Source: an uncultured archaeon (GTDB taxonomy: Archaea > Halobacteriota > Archaeoglobi > Archaeoglobales > Archaeoglobaceae). From it: DNA of 27,257 nucleotides. The notes under the pieces were generated by a model. That model was not told the origin of the DNA. It saw only the letters and a list, made by a program, of their open reading frames with translations, and ran no database searches. Below, in pieces: positions 17,330-26,617 of this stretch; positions within the stretch are counted from its first letter, which is position 1, and the number at the start of each line of letters is the position of its first letter. The stretch is taken from positions 1-27,257 of the forward strand of contig CAYMEG010000005.1 of assembly GCA_964389535.1 (NCBI GenBank), read 5' to 3'. The position numbers and the translations under genes are program-made.

Positions 17330-18716
17330 GAAGCTTCCTCCAAATAGCCTCTTCAACATCGGCATGTCTATTGGACAATTCTGCTATCACAGACGAAAAT
17401 TCCTCCTCTGTTCATCTTCCGTAACTTTAACCTCTTCAACGGTTCCATCAAGCTTAAATCTATATATTATTTTTTAAAGATTCTGGGTTTAAGCCTTCTC
17501 CTTCTCTGTAACCTAATTTCTTCTTCTCTTCTAAACTCAGCCTGTTTAGCTTTATCAGATTATCAAGCCCATCCAAGATTATTGGACTGTGGGTTGTTAT
17601 CAAAACGTCAGCGTATTTACTGAGCATAGCTAAAGCTCTCGTTACGATGCTTTGCATGTATGGATGAAGATGAGTTTCTGGTTCCTCCATTACCACAAAA
17701 GCTCCCTCCTCTTCTATCACGTACCTTAAATAAACGATTAGAGGAGCCAATTCTCTCACACCTGAGTGAGATCCAAGTATCGGTATGGTCAAATCACTCT
17801 TTTTAAAGAACTTCTCTGGAAACACTAACCCCTTCTGTTTCAATGTAAACTTCACCACCGATAGTCTCCTCCAAAAAATCAGCTATTTTACTAATCTTTT
17901 CATTCTTATTTTATCTATTACAAGCTTTGAAAGCATGTGAATGTCTAGAAATCCGATAGGAAATTCTCCTTTTCTTCTTGCTTCAAGTAAGGCGTATCTA
18001 ATCAAGCTTGGAGCAAATCTAAGAAATCCTGATTTGCTATCTGTAAGGATAAAACTTGTCCTTGATGTACAAAAACTGTCTAAATAATTGCCATGGTAAC
18101 TAACTCGTAAACTATGCCAGATACATCTCTAATATCAATATTCGGCGAGATATATTTTTCATAAAAAATTTATTTTTTTATATTTTAACATTAACTTATT
18201 TTTTGATTTATCAAACTCTATTAAGATAATCACTTTTGTCTATAAGCTTTTCAAGTCCTCGATTTTTACGTTTTCATCGAGCTTGATATCTATGTATTTC
18301 GATAATCCATTGTTGCAGATCTTAATTTCACAGAAATCCACACCATCATGTATCAGCTCCTTAACATCACCAACTCTAAATGTATCCTTGAAGTATTGAG
18401 ATATTACCTTTTCATAAGCTTTTTGAGAGATTTCCATAACTTTTGTAAGCAATCGGTATGTGAAGTCCTCATCAAATTTTACAGTCTTATCAAATCCTAA
18501 TCTTTCATATTCGCCACTTACCGTAAAACAGATGTCAAGAAACTCATAAAGAGTAAATCTCGTCCGCTAAAATCCTCCAATCAGGCTTTGAAGCATCCAA
18601 ATCAGATAGGCTAAATACGACTTTCCGGTTCCTCCTGGCCCTATAAAAACTGTAAAATCTCCCAAAGTCACATCGGCATGCTTAATTGGACCAAAGTTCT
18701 TCACGATAAATCTCAT
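17319..18716 (-). pseudogene. Multiply frameshifted ABC-type (AAA_15/AAA_21-like) ATPase
   Basis: ATG at 18716: MRFIVKNFGPIKHADVTLGDFTVFIGPGGTGKSY (Walker A 18641-18618), with a stop after about 50 codons. Fragments in different frames give 'HSGVRELAPL' (signature), 'VVMEEPETHLHP' (Walker B/D-loop), 'ITTHS' (H-loop) and an end ...RKLHGK*. Confidence 0.85.
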
Positions 18717-18770
18717 GCTTTCACCAATCCTAACTAACGCTCAAAAAATTATAAGGTTTTGCATACCGAT

Positions 18771-19490
18771 TTAAACTTCAAAGCTCATAAGATCCTCAGC
18801 AATTCTGAATTCAATATCTTTTCTAACGCTTTTCAGTTGCTCGATTATCTTATCTTTTACCTCGTAAGCATGCGGATACATGTGTGTAAGATACACGATC
18901 TCAGCCTTGCAGAACGGAAGAACATCGGCAAAGTTCTCTGGGGTAGTATGATCGTTCGATTTTCCAGATGGAAGGGACATCTCGTGAATCAGTACATCGC
19001 ATCCTATCTCCATAAGTTCTTTCAATGGACTCGTATCCCCACTCACAATTACTCTCCTCCCATTACACTCGATTATGTAAGCCTGGCTGATGATCGAATG
19101 TCTCGTTGGTATAGTCCTCACTTTAAACTCACCGATCTCGAATTCTGGATCTTCAAAAACCTTAAACTTAAGCTTTCGTCTGAGATATGCGTAAGCTTCA
19201 AGCAAAGACTCTAAAAACGCTTTAGTTCCGTTCGGGCCGAAGATCAGCAATTCTTTCCCGTTGCTAAGCCATCTGGCTTTTAAGAGTGCAAGCAAATCAC
19301 CGTTATGATCTAGATGGTTATGTGTAAGTAGAACGGCATCGATTTCGTTGATAAGCTTATCGTTCAATCTCATAAATGCTCCAACTCCTATGTCAACCAA
19401 TATCTTGGTTGTTTCACCTTCAATCAGGATACTACTTTGTGCCTTGGTAGTATCAACACACGTTCCGGTGCCTAGAAATGTGACCTTCAT
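18771..19490 (-). CDS. MBL-fold metallohydrolase, RNase Z/BN-like
   Basis: 'TFLGTG', 'ILVDIG', 'THNHLDH', 'VSGDT', 'LIHEMS' and 'LTHMYP'. Confidence 0.85.
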   Translation of the reverse strand: MKVTFLGTGTCVDTTKAQSSILIEGETTKILVDIGVGAFMRLNDKLINEIDAVLLTHNHLDHNGDLLALLKARWLSNGKELLIFGPNGTKAFLESLLEAYAYLRRKLKFKVFEDPEFEIGEFKVRTIPTRHSIISQAYIIECNGRRVIVSGDTSPLKELMEIGCDVLIHEMSLPSGKSNDHTTPENFADVLPFCKAEIVYLTHMYPHAYEVKDKIIEQLKSVRKDIEFRIAEDLMSFEV

Positions 19491-19561
19491 ATGTTTAAGC
19501 TAACAGACTTGGATATTTACATTAACGCAAACGATTAAAAGTGACATAACAAGCTTGAAGC

Positions 19562-20266
19562 GTGAGAGTTGCAATCTTAAGGCCAAAAGATTACCTTGCT
19601 GAAGTTTCAGAAAGGCTAAGACGAGAAGGCTTTGAAGTGGTAGCCGTTCCATTTCTTAAGGTAGTCCCAAATGAAGAGGGAATCAGAAAAATCTGCAAGT
19701 TGAAGGATTTCGACGCCGTAATCGTTACAAGTCGAACCTCTGCAAGGATACTGATTGAGCATGAATTTAAACACGATTACGTCATTGCGATTGGAAAGAA
19801 GACGGCTGAAATTCTTAGATCCGCTGGTATAAATCCTAAGATTCCTTCAAAATTCGACTCCACAACACTCTATGAAGAGTTTAAAGATGAGCTGATGGGT
19901 AAGAGGGTTGCAATCGTTAGGAGCGATAGAGGAGATCCGGTTCTGCTTAAGCTTCCAGACGTCGAAGAGATAGTTTTGTATAGGATTGAATTTGAGCGCG
20001 GAGAAGAACAGAAAAAACTCATCGATTCGATGGATTTCGATATCATCGTCTTCTCAAGTAGCATGATGGTTAAGAGCTTCTTTGAGCTTGCAAAAGAAAT
20101 GGATAAATTTGATGAAGTTCTTGAAAGACTTAAGAGAAAGATCGTCGTTGCAATAGGCCCTCCAACGAAGAAAACGCTCGAAAGTTATGGAATTCAGGCT
20201 TTGATGCCCGATGAATATTCATTCGATGGTGTTGTTAAACTCTTAAAGACCGTTCGCCATAGTTAG
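19562..20266 (+). CDS. hemD: Uroporphyrinogen-III synthase
   Basis: 'VAILRP', 'VIVTSRTS', 'AIGKKTA', 'VFSSSMMVKSF' and 'VAIGPPTKKTLESYGI..LMPDEY'. Confidence 0.9.
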   Translation: MRVAILRPKDYLAEVSERLRREGFEVVAVPFLKVVPNEEGIRKICKLKDFDAVIVTSRTSARILIEHEFKHDYVIAIGKKTAEILRSAGINPKIPSKFDSTTLYEEFKDELMGKRVAIVRSDRGDPVLLKLPDVEEIVLYRIEFERGEEQKKLIDSMDFDIIVFSSSMMVKSFFELAKEMDKFDEVLERLKRKIVVAIGPPTKKTLESYGIQALMPDEYSFDGVVKLLKTVRHS

Positions 20267-20357
20267 CAAAAATAACGACCATGGCTTAGAATTTAGACAT
20301 CCCTAACACTATGACATCGAAAGAAAGTATCAAAAACCCATACGATGAAATGCATAC

Positions 20358-21113
20358 ATGGATGTAGCCGTTATAGGAGGTGGTAACTTAGGTTGCGCAA
20401 TCGCTAAGGCTTTGGTTAAGAGGTATAGGGTTATCGTGACGAGAAGAAACGTTGAAAAGATCAGGTTTTTGGAAGATGTTGGTTGTGAGGTTTGTTCCGA
20501 TAACATCCGTGCCGTTGATAATTCCAATGTCGTTTTTATTGCCTTAAAGCCGAAGGATGTTTTCGATGTTTTATCTGAAGTTAAGAACAATTTAAATAAC
20601 AAGATTTTGGTTAGCTTTGTCGCAGGTGTTGGAATCGACGAGATTAAGGAGATCGTGAATTGTAAGGTCGTTAGAGCTATGACGAACATCTCAGCCGAAG
20701 TTGGAAGCTCGATAACCGCATACTACACGAAAGATCTAACCTCAGAGGAGGAGTTTGAACTCGAGCTAATGCTTGAATGCATGGGAGATGTGATTAAGGT
20801 TGACGAGGAGAGGATTTTAGATGCGATAACAGCCTATTCGAGTGCTATAGCCTTCATGGCCAAAATCTTCCAGTCTTTCGTTTATGCTGGCTTAAAACTT
20901 GGTTTAAGTAAGGATTTGGCAAGAAAAATGACGACATGGATTTTTAAAGGGGCTTCCGAGCTATTGGACTTGGAAGAGCCAGAAGCTATAATCGAAAGAG
21001 TGACAACCCCAGCTGGAACCACCATAGAAGGTTTGTGCAAACTGATGGAGCATCGAATAGATTTTGGAATAGTGGATGCGATGGTTACTTCGGTTGAGAA
21101 GTTATCCAAGTAG
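20358..21113 (+). CDS. proC: Pyrroline-5-carboxylate reductase
   Basis: 'VIGGGNLG', 'IALKP', 'SFVAGV', 'VRAMTN' and 'VTTPAGTTIEGL'. Confidence 0.92.
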   Translation: MDVAVIGGGNLGCAIAKALVKRYRVIVTRRNVEKIRFLEDVGCEVCSDNIRAVDNSNVVFIALKPKDVFDVLSEVKNNLNNKILVSFVAGVGIDEIKEIVNCKVVRAMTNISAEVGSSITAYYTKDLTSEEEFELELMLECMGDVIKVDEERILDAITAYSSAIAFMAKIFQSFVYAGLKLGLSKDLARKMTTWIFKGASELLDLEEPEAIIERVTTPAGTTIEGLCKLMEHRIDFGIVDAMVTSVEKLSK

Positions 21114-22298
21114 CGAAATTGCCTCCTCTTCATCTTTTACAAATTTAGCTTTGAGCTGATTGTATAGTTTGGTAGCCTTGCCCTTCGTAAAATCCCTCTT
21201 CTCAATCGGTGTCTTTTCTATTACTATCAGCTTTTTAAGCTCTGAAGCGTATAAAGCCGCCTCCAAATTCTTTAAATTGCCGTAACCGAATGGAATGTCC
21301 GCCAAGATTACCCTTTCTGCCTTCTCTATCAACTTAAGATTTCTCTCGTGTGCTTCTTCACTTATAGGTGAAAATGGTGCCTCACTAACGATTTCAAAGC
21401 CCAAACCACTCGCTATCTCCCAATCAGTATCAAGGACGTTCAAAACACCGGTCGATCCCTTTCCAAGCTTAAGCATCAACTTAGCTCCACTTCCTCCTCC
21501 GCATATAACGTGAACCTTTGTCTTCCCAACCTTTTCAAGCTTAACCGGTAGAACGTAAAATTTGCCGGTAATCGGATTTCTTCTAATAACTAAATCGACA
21601 TCAAAGATGTCTTTGATGAACGTTGCAACATCTTCCGGCTCACCAAAGGCTACTATCCTTCCCTCCTTCATCAAAATTAACTTGGAGCAGAACTGTAGAG
21701 CTAAATTGACGTCATGAATCACAGCTATAACAAGAACTCCGCTCTCTGCTAGCTTCTTGAGTACGTTCATGATTTCGATCTGATGGTTTATGTCCAGATG
21801 AGCGGTAGGTTCATCCAGAAGCAAGATCTTTGGCTCTTGAGCCAAAGCCCTCGCAATGATCACCTTCTGCAGCTCTCCACCGCTTATCTCCCCTACTGTC
21901 CGTCCAATTAGATGATCACAGCCAACGATCTTCATAGCTTTAAACGCTATTTCGAAATCCCTATCACTCTCAAATTCGAATCTGCCTAGATGCGGGGTTC
22001 TACCCATCAAAACGACATCTTCAACGCTGAAGTTGAAATCAACGTGAAGGTTTTGAGGAACTACCGCAACGATCTTGGCCAAATCCTTGATACCCATTTT
22101 TTCAAGATCTTGCCCATTCAAATAGATGACACCCTTCCTAGGCCTTAGAACTTTGGCGATCGTTCTGAGAAGGGTAGTCTTACCGCTACCGTTCGGACCA
22201 ATTACTCCTATGAACTCCCCTCCATGCGCTTCGAAGCTTATCTCCTTAATCACATCTTCAAAGTAACCTGAACTTACACATTCAAGCCTTAAATGCAT
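21102..22298 (-). CDS. ABC transporter ATP-binding subunit (cobalamin/Fe-chelate type) with C-terminal extension
   Basis: GPNGSGKT, ISGGELQK, LLLDEPTAHLD and VIHD, plus about 140 extra C-terminal residues (HVICGGGSG...). Confidence 0.9.
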   Translation of the reverse strand: MHLRLECVSSGYFEDVIKEISFEAHGGEFIGVIGPNGSGKTTLLRTIAKVLRPRKGVIYLNGQDLEKMGIKDLAKIVAVVPQNLHVDFNFSVEDVVLMGRTPHLGRFEFESDRDFEIAFKAMKIVGCDHLIGRTVGEISGGELQKVIIARALAQEPKILLLDEPTAHLDINHQIEIMNVLKKLAESGVLVIAVIHDVNLALQFCSKLILMKEGRIVAFGEPEDVATFIKDIFDVDLVIRRNPITGKFYVLPVKLEKVGKTKVHVICGGGSGAKLMLKLGKGSTGVLNVLDTDWEIASGLGFEIVSEAPFSPISEEAHERNLKLIEKAERVILADIPFGYGNLKNLEAALYASELKKLIVIEKTPIEKRDFTKGKATKLYNQLKAKFVKDEEEAISLLG

Positions 22299-22349
22299 GC
22301 TACAACTATGATCAAATCCTTAAATATCCATCTGTTCAATTTGGGTGAA

Positions 22350-25034
22350 ATGCAAAGACTCATCGATGCACTGAGGGAAATTGGAATCGAAAGATTAAAT
22401 GAGCTTCAAAAGATTGCAATTCCAAAAGTAGCTGAGGGTAGAAACATTCTCATCGTTGCACCTACCGGAAGTGGTAAGACCGAGTGTGCTATTATTCCAA
22501 TATTAAATAAAATGTTAAAGATCAAATCTGAGGGGATCACACTAATCTACATAACACCACTCAGAGCCTTGAATAGGAATCTGCTTGGGAGATTACATAC
22601 ACTTGCAAAGATGCTGAATTTCAGCATCGCCATTAGGCACGGAGATACGGCCGAAGTTGAAAGAAGAAGACAATCGCTAAAACCACCTCAGATTCTGATC
22701 ACAACACCTGAAACTTTCCAAATTTTGTTCTTAGGTACCAGGCTTAGAGAATCTTTGAGAAACGTTCGATTCGTTGTGATAGATGAAGTTCACGAGCTTG
22801 CGGAATCCGAAAGGGGAGTACAGCTGGCAGTAGCTTTGGAAAGACTAAAGGAGCTTACAGATTTCCAGATCGTCGGATTGTCAGCAACCGTTAGGAATGC
22901 GAAAGAGGTTGCAAGATTTTTTGGAATTTCGGATGTTTTAGTATGGAAAGGTAGAAAGTTTTACGAATTTTACGTTATAAAACCAGAAAAAGAGACAGAT
23001 TTAGCGGAGAAACTTGGAGTTAACGAAGAGTTTGCCAAGGAACTTGAAGTGATAAGGGACATCGTTACATCGCATAAATCCGCTCTGATCTTTGTAAATA
23101 CGAGGCAAACTGCCGAAGCTTTGGGTTTGAAGTTGAAACAGATCTTGAATGTCGAGGTTCATCATGGTTCTCTCTCAAGAACTGCGAGGATAGAAGCTGA
23201 GGAAAAGTTTAACAATGGTGAACTGAAAGCCTTGATCTGTACATCCTCAATGGAACTTGGGATAGATATAGGACACGTGGATGTAGTTATTCAGTTCAAC
23301 AGTCCGAGAGAAGTTGCTAGACTCATTCAAAGGGTAGGAAGGAGCGGACATAGAACGGACAGGATCTCCAAGGGATATGTGATTGCAGAAAACTTCGATG
23401 ACATATTGGAGTCTTGGGTCATAGTTAGTAAGGCCGAGAGAGGCGAAATCGAAGATACAAGAATGCACGAATTAAGCTGGGATGTTCTGGCAAACCAGAT
23501 CTGTGCAATCGCATTGGAGTACAAGCAGATCGATGCTGAGAGATGTTACGAAATAGTATCAAGAGCATATCCATTCAGAAATCTCAGGTTTGAGGAGTTC
23601 GTTGAGATCTGTAACTTTTTAGCTGAAGATAGAGTAATAGCGTTCGATGGTGAGATCATAAAACCGACGAGAAAGACGAGAAGATACTTCTACGACAACA
23701 TCTCGATGATACCGGATGAGAGGAGATTTAAGGTCATAGACATAGCCTCTGGCAAGGCGATAGGCTATCTGGATGAAAGCTTTGTCTCATCTTTTGAGGG
23801 CGAAGTTTTCGCGATGAAGGGGGAACTTTGGAGGATCGTCGCCATAAACGATGTTGTTAGGGTTGAGCAAGTCAAAGAGGAGGGAGTAATTCCCTCATGG
23901 ATCGGTGAAGAAATTCCCGTTCCATTTGAAGTTGCTCAAGAGGTAGGAAAGGTTAGGAGATGGATAGCTGGAATGTTGATTTCCGGAATCGGAGAAGATG
24001 AAATCATCAAGATCCTAATGGAGAGATTTAAGACCAACGAAGAAGCTTGCAAGGAGGTAGTTTCGATAATGAGAGAGCAGATAGCAAAGGGCTTTGCAAT
24101 CCCAACGGATAACAGAATTACGATAGAGGGGAAGGGTTTAGTGGTTGTAAATTGCTGTTTCGGGCATAGAGTAAACGAAACGCTCGCAAGGATATTAGCC
24201 TTACTTTTATCTGCAAGAAGGGGGAGTTGCGTTGGAGTTGAAGTGGATCCATACAGAATTAAGCTGACTCCAGCTAAAGCAGAGGAGGTTGCGGAAATTT
24301 TAAGATCGATTGAGCCTGAAGCTGTCGAGTACCTTGCGGAGAGAGCTCTAATTGATACAAAGCTCATGCAGTGGAAGATCGTGCATTGCGCAAGGAAATT
24401 CGGATATCTAAGTAAATCAATCGATACAACGAAGATAAACCTCAGAAAGCTGGTCTTAAAACTTAAGGATACACCTATTTACAGAGAAGCTATTAGGGAG
24501 TTATTCTTTGAGAAGTTGGACATAGAAAGAACAAAAGATGTTATCAGAAAGATTAAAGATGGAAGAATTCAGATCTCCATTTACTCCGAACTCAGCCCAA
24601 TTTCAAATGTAGCAAGAAATCAGCTTACAGATCTTCTGATCCCATCTAAGCCAACGAAGGCTATTCTAAACATATTTAAGAGGAGACTTGAAGAGGAAGA
24701 ATGTTATCTTCATTGCCTAAACTGCGGATGCACGATCAGAATGAAGGTTAAGTCCATTGAAAGTTTGGAATGTGTTAAATGTAAATCGAGGCTCGTTGCA
24801 TGCATAAATGCGAGAAGAAAACTTGAGGAGTTTGGTAAGAAGGAACTGTTCAGAATAGCAAACTTGGTCATGTCCTATGGCAAGAGAGCTGTCTATGCTT
24901 TAAACACGTATGGGGTGGGAGCTGAAACGGCAGCAAAGATACTTGCAAAACCATTCAGAAGTGAAGATGAATTCTTTGCAGAGTTGCTTGAGGCTGAGAA
25001 GAGATTTATAAGGACGAAACGATTTTGGGATTGA
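22350..25034 (+). CDS. lhr: Lhr-family SF2 DEAD/H helicase with C-terminal Cys4 motif
   Basis: APTGSGKT, DEVH, LSAT, HHGSLS, ELGIDIG and QRVGRSGH; CLNC..CVKC near the C-terminus. ATG at 22350 follows GGGTGA and avoids overlap with the divergent ABC gene. Confidence 0.92.
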   Translation: MQRLIDALREIGIERLNELQKIAIPKVAEGRNILIVAPTGSGKTECAIIPILNKMLKIKSEGITLIYITPLRALNRNLLGRLHTLAKMLNFSIAIRHGDTAEVERRRQSLKPPQILITTPETFQILFLGTRLRESLRNVRFVVIDEVHELAESERGVQLAVALERLKELTDFQIVGLSATVRNAKEVARFFGISDVLVWKGRKFYEFYVIKPEKETDLAEKLGVNEEFAKELEVIRDIVTSHKSALIFVNTRQTAEALGLKLKQILNVEVHHGSLSRTARIEAEEKFNNGELKALICTSSMELGIDIGHVDVVIQFNSPREVARLIQRVGRSGHRTDRISKGYVIAENFDDILESWVIVSKAERGEIEDTRMHELSWDVLANQICAIALEYKQIDAERCYEIVSRAYPFRNLRFEEFVEICNFLAEDRVIAFDGEIIKPTRKTRRYFYDNISMIPDERRFKVIDIASGKAIGYLDESFVSSFEGEVFAMKGELWRIVAINDVVRVEQVKEEGVIPSWIGEEIPVPFEVAQEVGKVRRWIAGMLISGIGEDEIIKILMERFKTNEEACKEVVSIMREQIAKGFAIPTDNRITIEGKGLVVVNCCFGHRVNETLARILALLLSARRGSCVGVEVDPYRIKLTPAKAEEVAEILRSIEPEAVEYLAERALIDTKLMQWKIVHCARKFGYLSKSIDTTKINLRKLVLKLKDTPIYREAIRELFFEKLDIERTKDVIRKIKDGRIQISIYSELSPISNVARNQLTDLLIPSKPTKAILNIFKRRLEEEECYLHCLNCGCTIRMKVKSIESLECVKCKSRLVACINARRKLEEFGKKELFRIANLVMSYGKRAVYALNTYGVGAETAAKILAKPFRSEDEFFAELLEAEKRFIRTKRFWD

Positions 25035-25755
25035 TAGAGTTTATCTTTTTAGCAATTTTAACAACCTCACCGACGACTATGAGTGTAGGCCCCCTCACAT
25101 CCTCTTTTTCAATAATATCAGCTATATTTTTCAGTGTACCGAAAAATACCCTCTGATTTTTCAAAGTTCCATTCTCTATAACTGCAATCGGTGTATCCGG
25201 GCTCCTTCCAGCCCTTATTAAATTATTACAAATCTCTTTTATATTATTTCTCCCCATAAGAATTACTATCGTCCCATTTAAAATCGATTCACACCACCTT
25301 TCCACGCCGTCTCTTCCAGTTACAACGAGTATAGAGGAAGATAGCTTGGGATGGGTGAGAGGAATACCAGCACAAGCAGGTACGGAGTTTATTGAACTTA
25401 CACCAGGTATGACCTCAAACGGTATACCATGTTCAGCCAGATACTCAGCCTCAACTCCTCCTCTTCCAAACACAAAAGGATCTCCACCCTTAAGCCTAAC
25501 AACAACTTTTCCTTCCTCAACTAGTCTTTTAAGAAGTTCGTTTATTTCTTTCTGCCTATCTGCACCTTTCTCACCACAGTTCTTACCAACATATACAAGC
25601 TCCTTACCCATCTTCTTCAGCATATCAACTATCTCATCACCAACGAGTCTATCGTAAAGTATAACATCAGCTTCCTCAATAGCCTTCAAAGCCTTGATCG
25701 TTAGGAGTTCAGGATCCCCAGGACCCGCTCCCACAATGTAAACCTTACCGACCAT
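25006..25755 (-). CDS. cobA: Uroporphyrinogen-III C-methyltransferase (SUMT)
   Basis: 'VYIVGAGPGDPELLTIKA', 'RLKGGDPFVFGRGG', 'VIPGVSS' and 'AGIPLTH'. Confidence 0.95.
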   Translation of the reverse strand: MVGKVYIVGAGPGDPELLTIKALKAIEEADVILYDRLVGDEIVDMLKKMGKELVYVGKNCGEKGADRQKEINELLKRLVEEGKVVVRLKGGDPFVFGRGGVEAEYLAEHGIPFEVIPGVSSINSVPACAGIPLTHPKLSSSILVVTGRDGVERWCESILNGTIVILMGRNNIKEICNNLIRAGRSPDTPIAVIENGTLKNQRVFFGTLKNIADIIEKEDVRGPTLIVVGEVVKIAKKINSINPKIVSSL

Positions 25756-25873
25756 TTAATCACCTTTACTCAATCTCCAGCGTCCAAATACTTCTATAAC
25801 TTTTTCGTTTTTAATTTGCTTACACCTAAGTAAATGTAAAAATTTAAGTATTGAAAGTATACATGCCACATAC

Positions 25874-26122
25874 ATGAAGGAGGAAATAGGAAAGAAGCTT
25901 GATGAGATAATAGAGATGCAGAAGGAAGTTGGAAAGGGTGAACTTAAGAACTTATTGAAGGCATTTGGAGTATTACTTACGGGGGATACTGTAATCGCAT
26001 ACTTCCTTGGTGCACTCCGAGGATTGTGCTATGAAAACGGTATAAAAGATTGGAATGAATTTAAGGAGTTAGCAAATGAGAAGAAAAAAGATATACTTGA
26101 TAGTACATTATTCTACAGATAG
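25874..26122 (+). CDS. Small hypothetical protein
   Basis: 82-aa ORF with typical archaeal composition (K/E-rich), followed by T-rich tracts. Confidence 0.6.
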   Translation: MKEEIGKKLDEIIEMQKEVGKGELKNLLKAFGVLLTGDTVIAYFLGALRGLCYENGIKDWNEFKELANEKKKDILDSTLFYR

Positions 26123-26533
26123 AAAAATATACTTAATTTAGTTTTTAATTTTTAAAATTTTTTAATCTAATGGGTAGTGTGATGCAACATTGCTGATGGT
26201 ATATTTAAATCTTCCACCATGTGGTGTCACTACCAGAAAGAGAAATACCGTAGAATACTTTTTTCAGATTGAAGAAGAGAACAAAAGATTTCCAGTTAAT
26301 CCCCAAATCAATAGAATCCTAGGTATTCCCAACCCTATATAACCTAAAGAGATAACCGCCATGATAATACCTTAGCTTGTCATTCTCTCTCATGTAGTTT
26401 AGTTTTCTTCATTATATATGTTTAAAAAAAAATAATGTTATGATTGCTAATATTAGAGCAACAACAACGCTTCGATTTAGAACAATAATGTCTCCGTAGA
26501 TTGCACGAATTCCATAAATTAATTTAGAGTTGT

Positions 26534-26572
26534 TTGAGTAAGTTTTGAACTCAATTTCGAAAGTTTTATATA
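26534..26572 (+). promoter_or_regulatory. dsrA promoter: BRE/TATA (CGAAAG-T-TTTATATA) with upstream palindrome TTGAGT-N9-ACTCAA
   Basis: TTTATATA at 26565-26572 preceded by a purine-rich BRE-like element. Inverted repeat at 26534-26554. RBS GGAGGTGA precedes the ATG at 26618. Confidence 0.6.
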
Positions 26573-26617
26573 TTTTATTCAAGAAGACTAGATACAGTTA
26601 TAGTAGGAGGTGACTTG

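Noticed and set aside
17128-17477. + strand ORFs 17128-17331 and 17286-17477
   Set aside because: Antisense to the decayed ATPase/partner genes, whose minus-strand fragments explain the region better.
17460-18452. Treating 17460-17858 and 18240-18452 as independent genes
   Set aside because: They are fragments of one frameshifted ATPase.
22293-22349. N-terminal extension of Lhr from the ATG at 22293
   Set aside because: It overlaps the divergent ABC gene start; the ATG at 22350 has an RBS and a typical Lhr start.
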